A model generated the notes under the pieces. The model saw nothing but the letters and a program-made list of their open reading frames with translations, did not search any database and was not told where the DNA came from. 64,000 nt of DNA from Amoebidium appalachense (taxonomy: Eukaryota > Protista > Ichthyosporea), in contig CAVNZM010000002.1 in the NCBI GenBank assembly GCA_963693365.1, positions 3,178,259 to 3,242,258 of the forward strand, in the 5' to 3' direction. Below are positions 40,890 to 58,583 of the stretch, piece by piece. The translations under genes were made by a program, and so were the position numbers. Each line of letters begins with the position of its first letter. Within the stretch, counting starts at the first letter, position 1.

Positions 40890-41696
40890 ATGAAGCTTCT
40901 TTCCGTCTTCGTCGCCGCCATGGCAACCTCTTCTTCCACGCACGCAGCCCCTGCAAGCAACAACACCACCAACCTTGTAGAAGAGCCGGCAATCGTCACA
41001 AACCAACTATCCCTGATACACCTGCACCGTCGAGATGACGATTTCTCCCGCGTTTTTGCCTCCCAACTCGCCCTGCATGCACGCTATGAGCAGTGCTGGC
41101 CATCAATGAAGTTCAACTCATGGGGTCCCCACGACCCGTGCTTCCCACAGAACATTCCAGATGTTTCCACGTCACGTGGACGCCTTGTGCTCGCCGCCGA
41201 GTACTATACAAAGCAGGGGTTGATTTACGCCCATCAGCACGACCCCTATTGGATAAACCCTAAAACTGGGAAGAAGGGGATTGATTGCTCAAACCTGACC
41301 GCATGGCTATACAACTTTGTGCTTGGAATCACTTTCAGCAGCGACATCACTGCTCAGTCATCTATGAGCCTGCCTCATGTTACAGACTACTCCTCTCTCG
41401 AAAACGGAGACATTGTCTTCTTCTCCGGTGGGAAAGAACTCACAAAAATCACCCACGCTGGTATTGTTGTTCGTAATGGGGCAACCATTACTGTTATCAA
41501 CAGTTCTGGAAAGTTCAACGGGCCTTTCCCATCCACCGACACAAACACGTGGCCACTCAACAGCTTCCAGTATGGGTTCCGTGCCAGCGATATCATTGGT
41601 GCGTGGAACAACAACCACAAGGGCTTGGCAACGGGACTGTGTGCACTGGTTCCGGCCAACGGCAAATGTAGCAGAGTGCGTGTAGTCCGTGTGTAA
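40890..41696 (+). CDS. Secreted NlpC/P60 (C40) family cell-wall hydrolase/peptidase, intronless, 268 aa
   Basis: Signal peptide MKLLSVFVAAMATSSSTHA, a pro-region ending in dibasic LHRR, catalytic GIDCSNLT, the GDIVFF strand and THAGIV carrying the catalytic His. These are the NlpC/P60 hallmarks. Confidence 0.88.
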   Translation: MKLLSVFVAAMATSSSTHAAPASNNTTNLVEEPAIVTNQLSLIHLHRRDDDFSRVFASQLALHARYEQCWPSMKFNSWGPHDPCFPQNIPDVSTSRGRLVLAAEYYTKQGLIYAHQHDPYWINPKTGKKGIDCSNLTAWLYNFVLGITFSSDITAQSSMSLPHVTDYSSLENGDIVFFSGGKELTKITHAGIVVRNGATITVINSSGKFNGPFPSTDTNTWPLNSFQYGFRASDIIGAWNNNHKGLATGLCALVPANGKCSRVRVVRV

Positions 41697-42780
41697 GGAT
41701 ACGTGTGACAATGCCGCCAGATACTAATTAAGGATTCGGAAGGTGGGGAAATCAGAAAAATACATTAATTGAAGTTGTAGATTCTCTCATATAGCATTTG
41801 GGAATGCCCCCCATTCCTGTGTACATGTACAGTTGCTACAATATATACAGAAGTTTACATTGGACGTAGAGAATGCTATTCAATTTTACACACAGCTAGA
41901 ACAAGTTCAGATTGCAAATATTCTTTCTTGACTCGGTTTGAGGTGTCTACAGCTGGTGTCTAACTATAATACAACATGTATGTACTGCACTGCATCGATA
42001 AATTAATGCTCTATAATCTTATGTGTACTGTACTAGTCTCTGTATGGGTTAAGTGTACTCTAGGGGGTTTATAATCTTTGACCATGATCGCAGAGCAGCC
42101 TAAGCTGGATTGTGCGGCTATTTTAATGATACGGCCACATAAACACCCTTGGATGCAAATAAAATCATTTCGTTTTTGCTGCCCATGTACTGAAAACCGT
42201 TCTCTGCTCGGTATCCTTGGAAAATAAAACGGATTAAGGAGATGGATTACTGTGTCCCAGGGGGGAGGGGGGAGGGGGGGGGGAGGATGTGGTGAAGGAA
42301 GGGGGTGCACACCCCCACCCTCCCCCCCCCCCCTCCCCCCTCCCCAAACCCCCGCGCCCACCCACCCGCCCACCCACTCACCCCCCTCCCCAACCACGGC
42401 CACCACACACCCATGGTCTCCCAAATCTTCTCCCTTCCTCCACGTACACCACAATTGCAACATGTATCCACCACGGGGAGGGATAGGAACTGATCGTATA
42501 GAAAAATGAAAATGGACTGATTATGATGATGACTTTGAAAGATAACCGAGCCTCATCCTCTCACTTGAACTGCACCACAAATAGATGGCCTGCAACGGTA
42601 GTGTGGTTCTTTTCGTAGTGTGTATAACCTCCCTCCCACCATATGTGTGCGCACACGCACGCACGCACGCACGCACGCATGTGCAGCCACACTCGCTCGC
42701 ACACACGCACGCACGCTCGCACGCACGCATGCACACGTGACGCACATGCGCGCACACACACACACACACACGCACACACG

Positions 42781-42844
<64 letters not shown>

Positions 42845-43033
42845 CGCAAGCGCACACACGCACACACACACACACACATACGTATACACACACGCACCAG
42901 ATGTGCCTATACTTCGCATTTCAGCCGATGTGCTGCGATAGTTCTACCAGCACGCCACCAGTGCACGAGTTGGAACGGCCTGGAGGGAATTCCAAAAAGA
43001 CTAAAGAGGGAGAAAAAAAAATTGTCTGTCCCA

Positions 43034-43124
43034 TCTTTGCTTTAAACTACTGTAAAGCTTGTGTTACTTTTTGATTTGCTAACAAATACGGTGCCAACTG
43101 GATCATTTTGTTTTATTGCAACCA
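43034..43124. repeat. ~90-bp direct repeat, second copy at 47606-47692
   Basis: A 47-bp exact match, GCTAACAAATACGGTGCCAACTGGATCATTTTGTTTTATTGCAACCA, lies at 43078-43124 and 47646-47692, with similar sequence upstream of both. Confidence 0.85.
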
Positions 43125-43445
43125 AGGGCTGCGGGGCGAGCCCACCCGGACTAGGTAGGCACCACAAAGACATTCTTTTGCTCGGGCAACTCACTACCGT
43201 AGCTGTTTTACTTCAACTCTAACGTTTGCAGAGAGGTGGGTCGGGCAGACCAGGTCACACATGACAACTGCGCCGCGGCTCAGTGCATTGGGCCGTTGTC
43301 GTTACCATAGTAGTTTTAGATCCTGGTTTTATATTTTAAAGGTCGAATCAAAATACTAGGGAAGTAAACTTGGCCAATCATTCGACAGCATTAGTATAGC
43401 TTAAAGGCAGACCAGCTGAGTGGCCCACGTCACTCACCGGGAGGC

Positions 43446-44558
43446 TGTTGGAAGTAGAGTCCGCTGTGACTAGGGTCGTCGTGGCGCGCTTGGGCGCTGA
43501 CCCGTTTTTTTACTGCTTTCAGTGTGTTAACTCCATGACTGAACTCCATGACTTAACTCCATGACTTAACTCCATGTCTGCACCTGGCAGAGACGTGGCT
43601 TATATACCCGTGGGGCAGCAGTCTGGAATGTAATCCGGATGCCAGGCGCTAATCGGATTGGTTACTTTCATTTAGATATCTCTGGGACCAGTGAACCAAT
43701 CGTTTGCAGTCAAAACACAATTGGCAACATTCCTCAACTATGCAGATGTGCATGTGGTGATCGAGTGTCAGCATGTGTCTATGTACACGGAACCAATTGT
43801 AAAGCTAACATACACATATAGTGGAGTGAGCGTAAGTCTGCACTCCAACACCCCTACCCAATTGGAGAAGTGTACACACCACTAGAGAAGAGAGAGTGAG
43901 TGTGGCTGCTTGCAGGGTAGACCGGGGTGTGCATTCCACTGTGGTGCGTGCCCCGCCAATGAAGTGGAATACTTGACGTTGATGTCGCAGGCTGCTGCGG
44001 ATGGAGTTTGTGGAAGCGAAAGTCTCTACTTCACGGAAATACGCTCGCGGGTGTAGGGTACAGCCTAGAAGTCGGTTTCTGGGCTCCTCCGTTCAAGGCG
44101 TCGTAGGGGACGTGAAGTTAGAGGCCGCGGTGTCGTGTCTGGGCCCATAACCCTGTTGGAAGTAGAGTCCGCTGTGACTAGGGTCGTCGTGGCGCGCTTG
44201 GGCGCTGACCCGTTTTTTTACTGCTTTCAGTGTGTTAACTCCATGACTGAACTCCATGACTTAACTCCATGACTTAACTCCATGTCTGCACCTGGCAGAG
44301 CCGTGGTTTATATACCCGTGGGGCAGCAGTCTGGAATGTAATCCGGATGCCAGGCGCTAATCGGATTGGTTACTTTCATTTAGAGATCTCTGGGACCAGT
44401 GAACCAATCGTTTGCAGTCAAAACACAATTGGCAACATTCCTCAACTATGCAGATGTGCATGTGGTGATCGAGTGTCAGCATGTGTCTATGTACACGGAA
44501 CCAATTGTAAAGCTAACATACACATATAGTGGAGTGAGCGTAAGTCTGCACTCCAACA
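43446..44558 (-). mobile_element. Non-autonomous Ty1/Copia-derived LTR element (TRIM-like), 1113 bp
   Basis: Two 405-bp LTRs (43446-43850, 44154-44558) are bounded by TGTTGGA...TCCAACA, with 5-bp TSD GAGGC at 43441-43445 and 44559-44563. On the minus strand there is a PBS GGTTATGGGCCCAG and a PPT GGGTAGGGG, and the 303-bp interior carries a relic DINVK/FHFI RNase H motif. Confidence 0.93.
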
Positions 44559-44895
44559 GAGGCGTCCTGCGTGGTCCTCGAGAAATCTGTACGGCCCTCT
44601 GGGGACCACGACTGTGCCCTCTGATAAATCGACGCTGGCTCTATTTTTCAAGGTAGGTGAGTCACGTGATTAGCCGCTCTCCGTATCGTCCGTGTCTCCT
44701 TGAAAAATAAGAGCTACCTCAGAAGGTAGCAGGGAGGCGTCACAACCGCACACACGTGCATGCTTCTCTCGCACGTTGACTTTCAACCTTCTGTTCTAAC
44801 ATCATGTTCTAACATACTTTGCTGGGCTTGGCGGTGTTTTGAGTTTCTAGTTTCTGGCATGATGACGTTCTAAAACGGGTTTTTCGAGAACAAAG

Positions 44896-45671
44896 TCCCT
44901 CTGGCACGGTGGTGCCTAGATGGCTTTACACGCGGGAATTCTCTGGCACGGTGGTGCCTGGGTATTTTCGAAAACAAAGCCCCTCTGGCACGGTGGTGCC
45001 CGGGTGGCCCAAAACGCGGGAGTCCTCTGGCACGGTGGTGCCTGGGTACTTTTGTGAGTCCTCTGGCATGGTGGTGCCTGGCCGTACTTTAATTCACTAG
45101 AGCCCTCTGGCACGATGGTGCCTGGGTACTTCAATTAGTCCTCTGGCACGGTGGTGCTTTGGTGCTTCTAAGTCCTCTGGCACGGTGGTGCCTGGGTACT
45201 TTTGTGAGTCCTCTGGCACGGTGGTGCCTGGGTACTTTAGTTCACTAGAGTCCTCTGGCACGGTGGTGCCTGGGTACCTTAATAAGTCCTCTGGCACGGT
45301 GGTGCCTGGGTACCTTAATAAGTCCTCTGGCACGGTGGTGCCTGGGTACTTTAATAAGTCCTCTGGCACGGTGGTGCCTGGGTACTTTAATAAGTCCTCT
45401 GGCACGGTGGTGCCTGGGTACTTTAATAAGTCCTCTGGCACGGTGGTGGCTGGGTATTTTTGTGAGTCCTCTGGCACCGTGGTGCCTGGGTCCTTTAATA
45501 AGTCCTCTGGCACGGTGGTGCCTGGGTCCTTTAATAAGTCCTTTGGCACGGTGGTGCCTGGGTCCTTTAATAAGTCCTCTGGCACGGTGGTGCCTGGGTC
45601 CTTTAATAAGTCCTCTGGCACGGTGGTGCCTGGGTACTTTAATAAGTCCTCTGGCACGGTGGTGCCTGGGT
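44896..45671. repeat. Minisatellite: ~21 copies of a ~36-bp unit with conserved hairpin core
   Basis: The core GTCCTCTGGCACGGTGGTGCCTGGGT is separated by short AT-rich variable linkers (ACTTTAATAA, ACTTTTGTGA, ACTTTAGTTCACTAGA, CCTTTAATAA). Confidence 0.95.
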
Positions 45672-46231
45672 GACCCCTTCGCTTTTCGGTTGCTGGCCTG
45701 AGGGTCGAGGGGCCCCCACAGCCAGCTGCCGGCTAGCGTCCCCTCAAAATACCCTGGCTGACAACACACACGTGCCCAACTCGTTAATACACACACACGC
45801 ACACACACACACACACACGGTGGAAGTCTACCCTACCAGAAGGTACGGCACCACCTGGACTTCAAGCTGATGCGCCCCTCCCAGCCAAGCAAAGTGATCA
45901 GTGTTCGAGCTGTGTGCGGCAGCAGAGGACACACAGACATGCGGCTGCCTTCCCCGCTTGCGTGTTTTTTTTTTTTTGTTTTTTTTTTCTTTCTATCGAT
46001 GAACATGCAACCAAACGACTCTTTTTCCTGAAACGGTGGTCATTGGCTGCAAAAGAGTGCACTTCATTGATGGGATGTACCAACCTTAGAGCCCATGCCT
46101 GCACCTTAAGTGCGGAATAATCGTATTACGACTATAATAAAGCAAACAGTCGAGAACTAACCGCCGCTTGGCAGAGCACAGCCACACACTGTGCCGACGT
46201 GTCGTCTGAAAATTCAAGTAAATGTGCAGGT

Positions 46232-46510
46232 GAGCGGTGGGGGGGTTGAATGTGAGCTGTGTGTGTGCGTGTGTGTGTGTATGCACCAGCCAATCAGCAC
46301 ACCCCCAGCATGTACACCAGCCAACCAGCACACAATCACCAGCCTACATATACCTTCCGGTGCATTCACGCACTCACGCATGCGAGCGAATATGAGTAAA
46401 TGTGTGTGTGTGCGGTGGGGGGGGTTGAATGTGAGCTGTGTGTGTGTATGCACCAGCCAATCAGCAGTATGCACCAACCAATCAGCACCTCATGTACACC
46501 AGCCAATCCG
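46232..46510. repeat. Duplicated GGGGTTGAATGTGAGCTG unit with repeated CCAATCAGCA motifs
   Basis: Two copies lie at about 46236 and 46414, each followed by ATGCACCAGCCAATCAGCA-type repeats. Confidence 0.65.
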
Positions 46511-47025
46511 GGGGGGGGGGGGAAGGGGGGGGGGGGGGGGGGGGGGTTGTTACACCTTGCCTTTCCAGGGGGGTCGGGTGACGGCGGGGTTGGTGGTGGT
46601 GTGGTTGTGCCAGTGGTTGTGCCTGGAAAGTACTGTCAGCACAGGCCTGACAGGTGTTGTGATGCGTGGCGGCGGGGAGTGTTTAGGCAGGTGGCGGAGA
46701 GACTGGGGAGAGAAAGGGCAAAATGTGACGCCAAATCGTCCAAGCTTAAGGCTGCCACACCGATTAGCCTCCCCTTTCCTCCCCTACTCTCGTTAAGTCA
46801 CCATAATGCGCAATCACACCCAATCCCGAGCTCTCGAGGATCCCCCCCCCCCCCCCCCTTTCTTCCCAACCTCAATTAAAACCACACGTCCCTTCAAAAG
46901 CCCCTCCCCCCCCCCCCCCCCCCCCCCTCCCCTTCCCTTCCCAACCTTAATTAAACCCGCATGTCCCTTCAAAAGCGCCCCCCCAGGCCCCCTCCCCCCC
47001 CTCCCCCCTTCCCTTCCCTTCGATT

Positions 47026-47079
<54 letters not shown>

Positions 47080-47129
47080 CAAAAAACCTTTAGAACTACC
47101 ATTTTAAGAACCCAAATCGAGCACAGTAA

Positions 47130-47173
<44 letters not shown>

Positions 47174-48203
47174 TTCCTCCCTCCCTCGAGCCCCTCCCCC
47201 CCCCCCCCCCCCCCCCCCCCTCCCCCTCCTCCTCCTCCCCCTCCTCCTCCTTCCCACATTCAAAGGAAAAGAAAAAAAAAAAGAAAAAAAAAATCTTTTC
47301 AAGAAAAAACACTCGCACACCCACCAAATCCTCCCTCTCTCTGAACATCCACCTGCCCACTGTGCCCACGATACACATAGTATTACACCCACATCACACA
47401 CATACACACCCACATCACACACATACACACCACCACCACCACAATAGCTGCACCGCCACACAGGCACGACAGAGCAACACCCCACGTGACCTTATCCTCC
47501 CCAAATGGCCACCTGTAACCAATCAGCACGTGCACACCTCTCAGGCACGCACCAGTCAATCCGCACTCCCCATGCAAACACACAAGCACACCACCAGCCG
47601 GCCCGTCTTTGCTTTAAACTAAAGCCTGTGTTTCTTTTCCGATTGGCTAACAAATACGGTGCCAACTGGATCATTTTGTTTTATTGCAACCAGGAAGTTC
47701 CAGCTGAGTCTCTAAATGTTTTCATTTACATCTAAAATTAACGGAACTAAAAATTAACTAAATACCGATGTCATTCAAAGGTCACACCAAAATTAATCAG
47801 ATCTAGAAAAGTGTGCAACAACAACCCCACCGCGTCAAGATAAAAAGAATCAAAAAAAGAAAATAGAAAAAGAAAAAGAAAAAAGAAAGAAAAGAAAAGA
47901 AAAGAACAGAGAAAAATGGAAAGGGAAAAAGGGGTGAGAAAAACCAAAAACTATACATTTACTATCGTAAGAGAATGAGCCACTCATTCGTACACGGAAA
48001 TTTCACAAATTTTCATCTAAACATCAAACTTTCCCACGGTTCAATCATTTTAAATTTCGTTTTGGGGAAAAGGCAACTTCCCCCACCACTAACACTATTT
48101 CCTTTTACGCGGTCATTAACAACGGCAAAAATGCTGAAAATAACATTTTCACAGATCCACCATGCGACATATCTCAAATCAGACCTATCTAGCCTGTGAA
48201 ATT

Positions 48204-52773
<4,570 letters not shown>

Positions 52774-54189
52774 GATTGGGAAGTGGCTGGTATTCTGATC
52801 GGAAATGTGGATAAGTATTCTGCTGAGTACTGAAGGATGTGAAGAGTGTGTTTGAAGGTGGGTTGGGAGATGTGGTGTAAAGGAGGTTGGATCTGTGTGT
52901 GTGTGTGTGTGTGTGTGTCGAATACTTGTGTACCGTGAGTCCGGAAACTATCTCTATATCTGTTCGACGGCAGTACTTTGCTGCAAGATGGAACCTAGGA
53001 GGTTTCAAACGTTTTCATGCGCGTACAAGTATTTAACGGTGTAGATGAAAGTGCGCACACAACCATGTCATGTGTATGTCGAATAATTGCTCTGCAAAAA
53101 ACAGTCGATCGCTGTTTGTGAGCAAATACCTGATTGTGCTGTGGTGTGAAATAGGGCGTGAAGACTATAGAGATGATGTTGCTGCAGTTGGGCCCTCGTG
53201 GCCGAAAAGGAAAGGAAATGGGTATCGTGTGTGCCTCGTCTGTCAATATAATTCTCATCTACAAAGGTGTTTTCAAAGCGTTGTGTGCCACAGATTCAAT
53301 CGCATTGTGGGTGTGTGGGCAGTCGGGTTCTAAATGCCCGATTTCCAAACCAACCTAATGCTGTTTGTCACCTGTGATCTAACCAAAAGCAAAGGTACCC
53401 CTGGTGTACAAAGAGTACAAGTATAAATGCTTGTCCCTCAAGCAGATGGGCAAGAGTTGCTTTCTGTCCGGAATAAGCTAAGAGCAAGCGTGGCCTGCTG
53501 TTTCCACACTCAAACAGAGTTGTGACTTAGGCCTCATCGCAGCTTGTCAGCGTGCATCTGCAAGAAATTAGAAAGTAGTCATACCTCTTGTGCGTTGCAG
53601 AATCTGAGGCTTCGCAGAAAAACACTACCGGGTCATGGCTGTGTGCCAAAGAATGGCCAAAATAAAACCGGAGGATTCCCGGCCTTAGCAGTGCCGATTT
53701 AGCAGCTCCGCCCGTCAACTCAATTTTCTTATCCTCTGTTCTGTAGTCACTGGCGTGGGCTCTTCCCCACTAAATCCCACAAAAGGACCACTGATGTGGT
53801 CAAAGAATCTCTGATAGATACCGTAAACCCCCAGTAACGATAAGCTACTTACACATCAAACAAGCTTCACACAGAACGATTTTAGAAAGCATGACACCCC
53901 TCCATCAAAGGGATCTCCCTCAGTGCTGCTTCTCTCTCTTTGGTAAGACAAACTACTATTTACGTCAGCTTACGTTGTCTCGGTGTTCCCTGTCACTCTG
54001 TACGTGTGCATGCACTGCCAGTGTTTTGAATTCAAACTGTTTTCCTGTTTCAGCTCTCAAGACGTGTCAACTTGAATCGAAGGCTCGCATTCCATCGGAT
54101 CGCGCACAGGCCGTAACGTTGATCAGTCGCAATTTCCGCATTATTTCCGCCCCGAATCCGCGTTTTCCCGCCGTTTTCCGCCTGAATAC

Positions 54190-54290
54190 CCCCAATTTTT
54201 ATCGGGCTGAGGTTGACGTCATTTTATTGGCTTACCAATCTTTCATGCGCCAATCGGAAATATTCGAATCTGTGTGAGCCCAATCAGCGC
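54190..54290. promoter_or_regulatory. Putative bidirectional promoter (CRE plus clustered CCAAT boxes) between the TRA2-like and WCA genes
   Basis: TGACGTCA at 54214-54221 is surrounded by four or five CCAAT/ATTGG motifs, between divergently oriented genes. Confidence 0.45.
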
Positions 54291-55882
54291 GCGGCAGTGT
54301 ATGTTCCAGGAATGTAGATCCGAAGAAAGAAGCATTCTGTTTGGACACATCTTGATACACGTACAATGAACCGTGGCCGGCCGTGGAGAATACTCCAGAC
54401 TTCGACGTAGAAAAAAGAAGTATTTTCCAACCTAGCCCCACTAGCCAACTGTATACAGGTGTACGTACGATGTGCATTTCGCTTCGGGTGCCCACGATTG
54501 CTACAAGCATCGACATTTCCGGGGCCATGCAGCCCGCCATCAGTCCCGCCATCGTGGCCGTTTTGTGGGTCTGGTTGTTTGGGCCGTCATGGTCGTACTC
54601 CTGGTGTACACGAATAAGAAGTGACTTGACAACACCGTAACAATTGGCCTTGTTAACAAGTCTCTTTGCACTTTTGCATTACTCGCACGTACCTGAATCG
54701 GATCTGCTGCATCCATCCCCCCCCCTGCGGCCTCGTTCTGTCCACTCAGCACTCCAAAAAGGGCTTACACAATTTCCTTATCTGATCTGCGGTTGTGGAA
54801 CACCGGTACCCTGCACTGTGTGGTCTGCGTGTGCACGTCGGTATGTGTGCGTGTGTGTGCGTGCATTTTACGTACGTTTTGAAGTGTTACGCGTGCCCGT
54901 GCATGTGCATGTCCATGTGCCTGTGCTTGTGCTTGTGCTTGTGCGTGTGCGTGTGCAGTGATGAGTGGTGTTTGGCTTTTTTGATTTTGAAACGGGGAGG
55001 GGGGTAGTAGTAAGTTGGGGGGGGGGGACCCACCACCCCCGGGAGGGGTTGGTCTCCCCCCCCCCCCCCACCACCACCCTTCTGTTGGTTTGGGAAGGGC
55101 GGGGGGGGGGGGGGGGGGGGGGGGGGGAACCCACCACTCTTTTTTCCCCAACTGTTTGTAACAGACTCAAGGCGACAAAAAAAAGGTGTTTTTCGGTTTC
55201 TTTCCTTTTGTGTGTTTGTGTGTGAGTGTGTGTGTGTGCGCGCGCGCATGTGTGAGAGAGGCTGGGGGGAGGGGAGGGGGGAGGGGGGCGGATCTGTTTT
55301 CGGTGGGGACCGCGGGGAGAAGCGGGTGGGTCAAGGGGAGCCGGATGGTTGGTGGACAGATGCACGACGATTAGCCAATGGACGAAGATTAGAACCGTGG
55401 TGCAAAAAAACATGCAAAGACAGCAGTGCTCAATGCTGAGACTGGGAGGCTGCAGCTAGATCTTTGCTGAGGTCAGCTGACCTCATACAAACAATTTACT
55501 GGGCTGTGCACGCTCCTTAGCCAACGGGTTAAAATTTCCCCAGGCTATGTGGCACAACTCACTCCACCTCCAAGTTCGATTGGAAAATTTCCATGCAAGC
55601 TACACGGTATCTACGCCTGGCCTTCCTTCCAGGTGCATCTTGGGAACAGAGAGAAAAATATTGATACCACAGTAACGTTATGAATATATAGACCTAGGGG
55701 CATCACACACGGTTTTTTTTGCAACTGGTTTTCTCTTAGAGCTTCGCTGCAATTAGCTGCTGCAGTTGCCGCTGCTAGTATACATTCAATATTAATGGCA
55801 CACAACTTGGGCCAAAATCTCGACACGAGATCATGCAAAAAAACCATTGCCACCAATCCTTAGCAATCTGCCTTATTCAAAG

Positions 55883-55930
<48 letters not shown>

Positions 55931-56925
55931 AAAAAAAAAAGGAAAGAAAAAGAAAAACAGAGAACTTATATCTTACCCACTGCGTTGGAAAACCCGATTC
56001 TCTCTGTATCGTATTGATTACTTCATCTCAAGTATCTGCTAACCAAAGTTGAAGATGAACCTGTACATATAGCTGTGTTTCCGAAAACGCTTATAGACCG
56101 TGTAAACCAAACTTCGGAAAAAACACACATTCCTTAAAAAACATGCCAGCTACATAGACTGCAGAGTCGAGCCTCCGAGCTTGAGTCAGATGACCAACAG
56201 AGCAGAGGGCAGTGGATAAGTGAGAGTCGATCTCCAGGGAATTTACATTGCTCTTACTATTGCTGACTAAATAGTATCTGACATTCCTCCAAGATGGTGC
56301 ATTTTGATTAGTTTAAATATTGTATAAATATTTAAATGCAGTTAAACAGGACTAACTCGCGAATCAATAAAACCAGTAAACATCTCATGAGATTAGGTTT
56401 CTAAATTTTATAGAGGTAGCATTGTCACAGAGATTTGCACTGCTCTGTCTATTATTATCTTTTCCTGTGCCCATGCACCGTCACCGTGACAGCCTCGGCG
56501 ACAGTGAACGCCCGACCCCTTCAAGCGGCAGGGTGCACCACACGTACACACACGGCAGGAAGAAAACTGAGTGCATGTTCTATCTTATTGCTCACACACA
56601 GTTGTAATGTTGTTAGGTTTTTGTTTGGTTTAGGTGCATCTGAGCATTTCTATCTCACCTGTTTCATAAACATATGCGTTGTGGAATTGGCTTTCTGTGA
56701 CACGAACTCGAGGGAAAGCTGAGCACGCGTGCTAACTCCAGGGGTTAGGTAGGCAGTAGGACCGCATATTGTTTCTGCTTATCCTCAATATTGAATCCAA
56801 CAGCACCTACGTGTTTACACACACACACATGCCAATTAGTTTTCCACGCTCTTTCCCTACTCACCGTTTGTACTAGACAAGCACACACCAAACCACACAC
56901 ATCGACCCCACACACCCCATACAAA

Positions 56926-57580
56926 ATGCCTCCCCCACCCCCTCCACCCCCCACCCCCACCTATGAACTTCAACAAACCCATCGGAACACCCAAAACGGC
57001 ACCTACACCTGGTAGCAAGTCGCTGCCTAAGCTAGCGGGGGGCGGGGGACACACAGACATGGCTAGTGCGGTGAAGAATGCCCAATTGAGGAGGGTGGAT
57101 ACAAAGCAGAGACCAGGTACGTGTGTACGTGTGTGTGTGTGTGTGCGTTCGTGTGTGTGTGTGTGTGTGCGTGCGTGCGTGTGTGTGTATGTGTGTGTGT
57201 GTGTCCGCGTGCGTGCGTGTGTGCGTGCGTGTGCGTGCGTGCGTGTGCATGTGTACATGTGTGTTACGTGTACGGTACGTGTGTGTATGTGGGGTGGGGG
57301 GGGAAGGGAGGAGGTGGGAGGAGGGAGAAGGATTGCTTGACATAACTTACCACCAGAAACAAGCTATGGCTGCCGTGCGTGGTGTTGCCTATGTGTGTGT
57401 GGTGCTTTATAGAGAACGCGCGTTATCGTGGTTTTACGTTAGCATCCCACTCGTTTTTATTCATTCCGCCCTTGGGTTTACCTCACACTCGTTTAGGCGA
57501 ATGCAGGCACTTAAGATAACAGACGACACACACACACATACCATTGAACGACACACAAACACACACACAAACACAAACAT

Positions 57581-57640
<60 letters not shown>

Positions 57641-57679
57641 ACACACACAGTCTTTCCTACACCCAGACATCAAGTATAT

Positions 57680-57757
<78 letters not shown>

Positions 57758-58552
57758 CATACACACGTGTGCAAAACACGACCAACAGCCGTCCCCTCTC
57801 TCCCCTCCTTGGGCCCTCCCCCTTCCCCCCCCCCCCCCAAAAAAAAAAACACACACACATACCGCTTCACCTCTGCAATCCAACCACTCGTTCACATCCA
57901 TACACACACACACACCATATCATTGCACCAATAAGCTCTTTGATGTTGCGTAGTTAGCCTGTATGTGCAACTCCACGTGTACCATCCCCCCTCCCCTCCC
58001 CCCCCCATACTTCTTACTTTTTTCTTCGATCTCATTATTTATTATGTTCGTGCACTCATGGACACAGAGCTCACTGCAACCCCCCCCCCCCCCACCCCCC
58101 ACTCCCCCACCCCCCCCCCCCCCCCCCCCCCCCGCCCTCTTCTCCCCCCCCCCCCCCCCCCCCTGCCACACTCACACGGACACACACATACACCCGCACA
58201 TACATCAATCACATATCACACCAATACAACCTTAAACAAACAGGCCCCAACACTACCTACCTACCCGCGCCCCCCTCCCCCCCCGCCCCCCTCCCCCCTG
58301 GAGGCATAGGAACCCCCTTGATGATGGCCTGTTCAAGTGCCTTCTGCCTGCTCGCTTCTCATTTTTGTGACGTTTTTGTTGTTGCTCTTTGTCTGTCTCC
58401 TCCATATTTCCAACCCTCTAAAACATACACCCCCCTCCCCCCCCCCCTCCCCCCCCCCCCCCCCCCTTGAGGATCGACTATGATTTAGATGCATGCTCTT
58501 TGCACTCTGCATTTTTTCGTCCTTTGCTGATATACTCTGTAACGCTTCTACC

Positions 58553-58583
<31 letters not shown>

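Noticed and set aside
44896-45671. CRISPR array
   Set aside because: Linkers are only about 8-20 bp, related to each other and often identical, no cas genes are present, and the context is eukaryotic.
45097-45814. Repeat proteins (KYPGTTVPEDLL, VVPGYFNKSSGT, PRHHRARGLIK)
   Set aside because: The open frames arise from the 36-bp minisatellite period, with no start, splice or flanking coding support.
52995-54961. Short ORFs between the TRA2-like and WCA genes
   Set aside because: No recognisable domains; more simply explained as UTR, intron and promoter sequence of the divergent pair.
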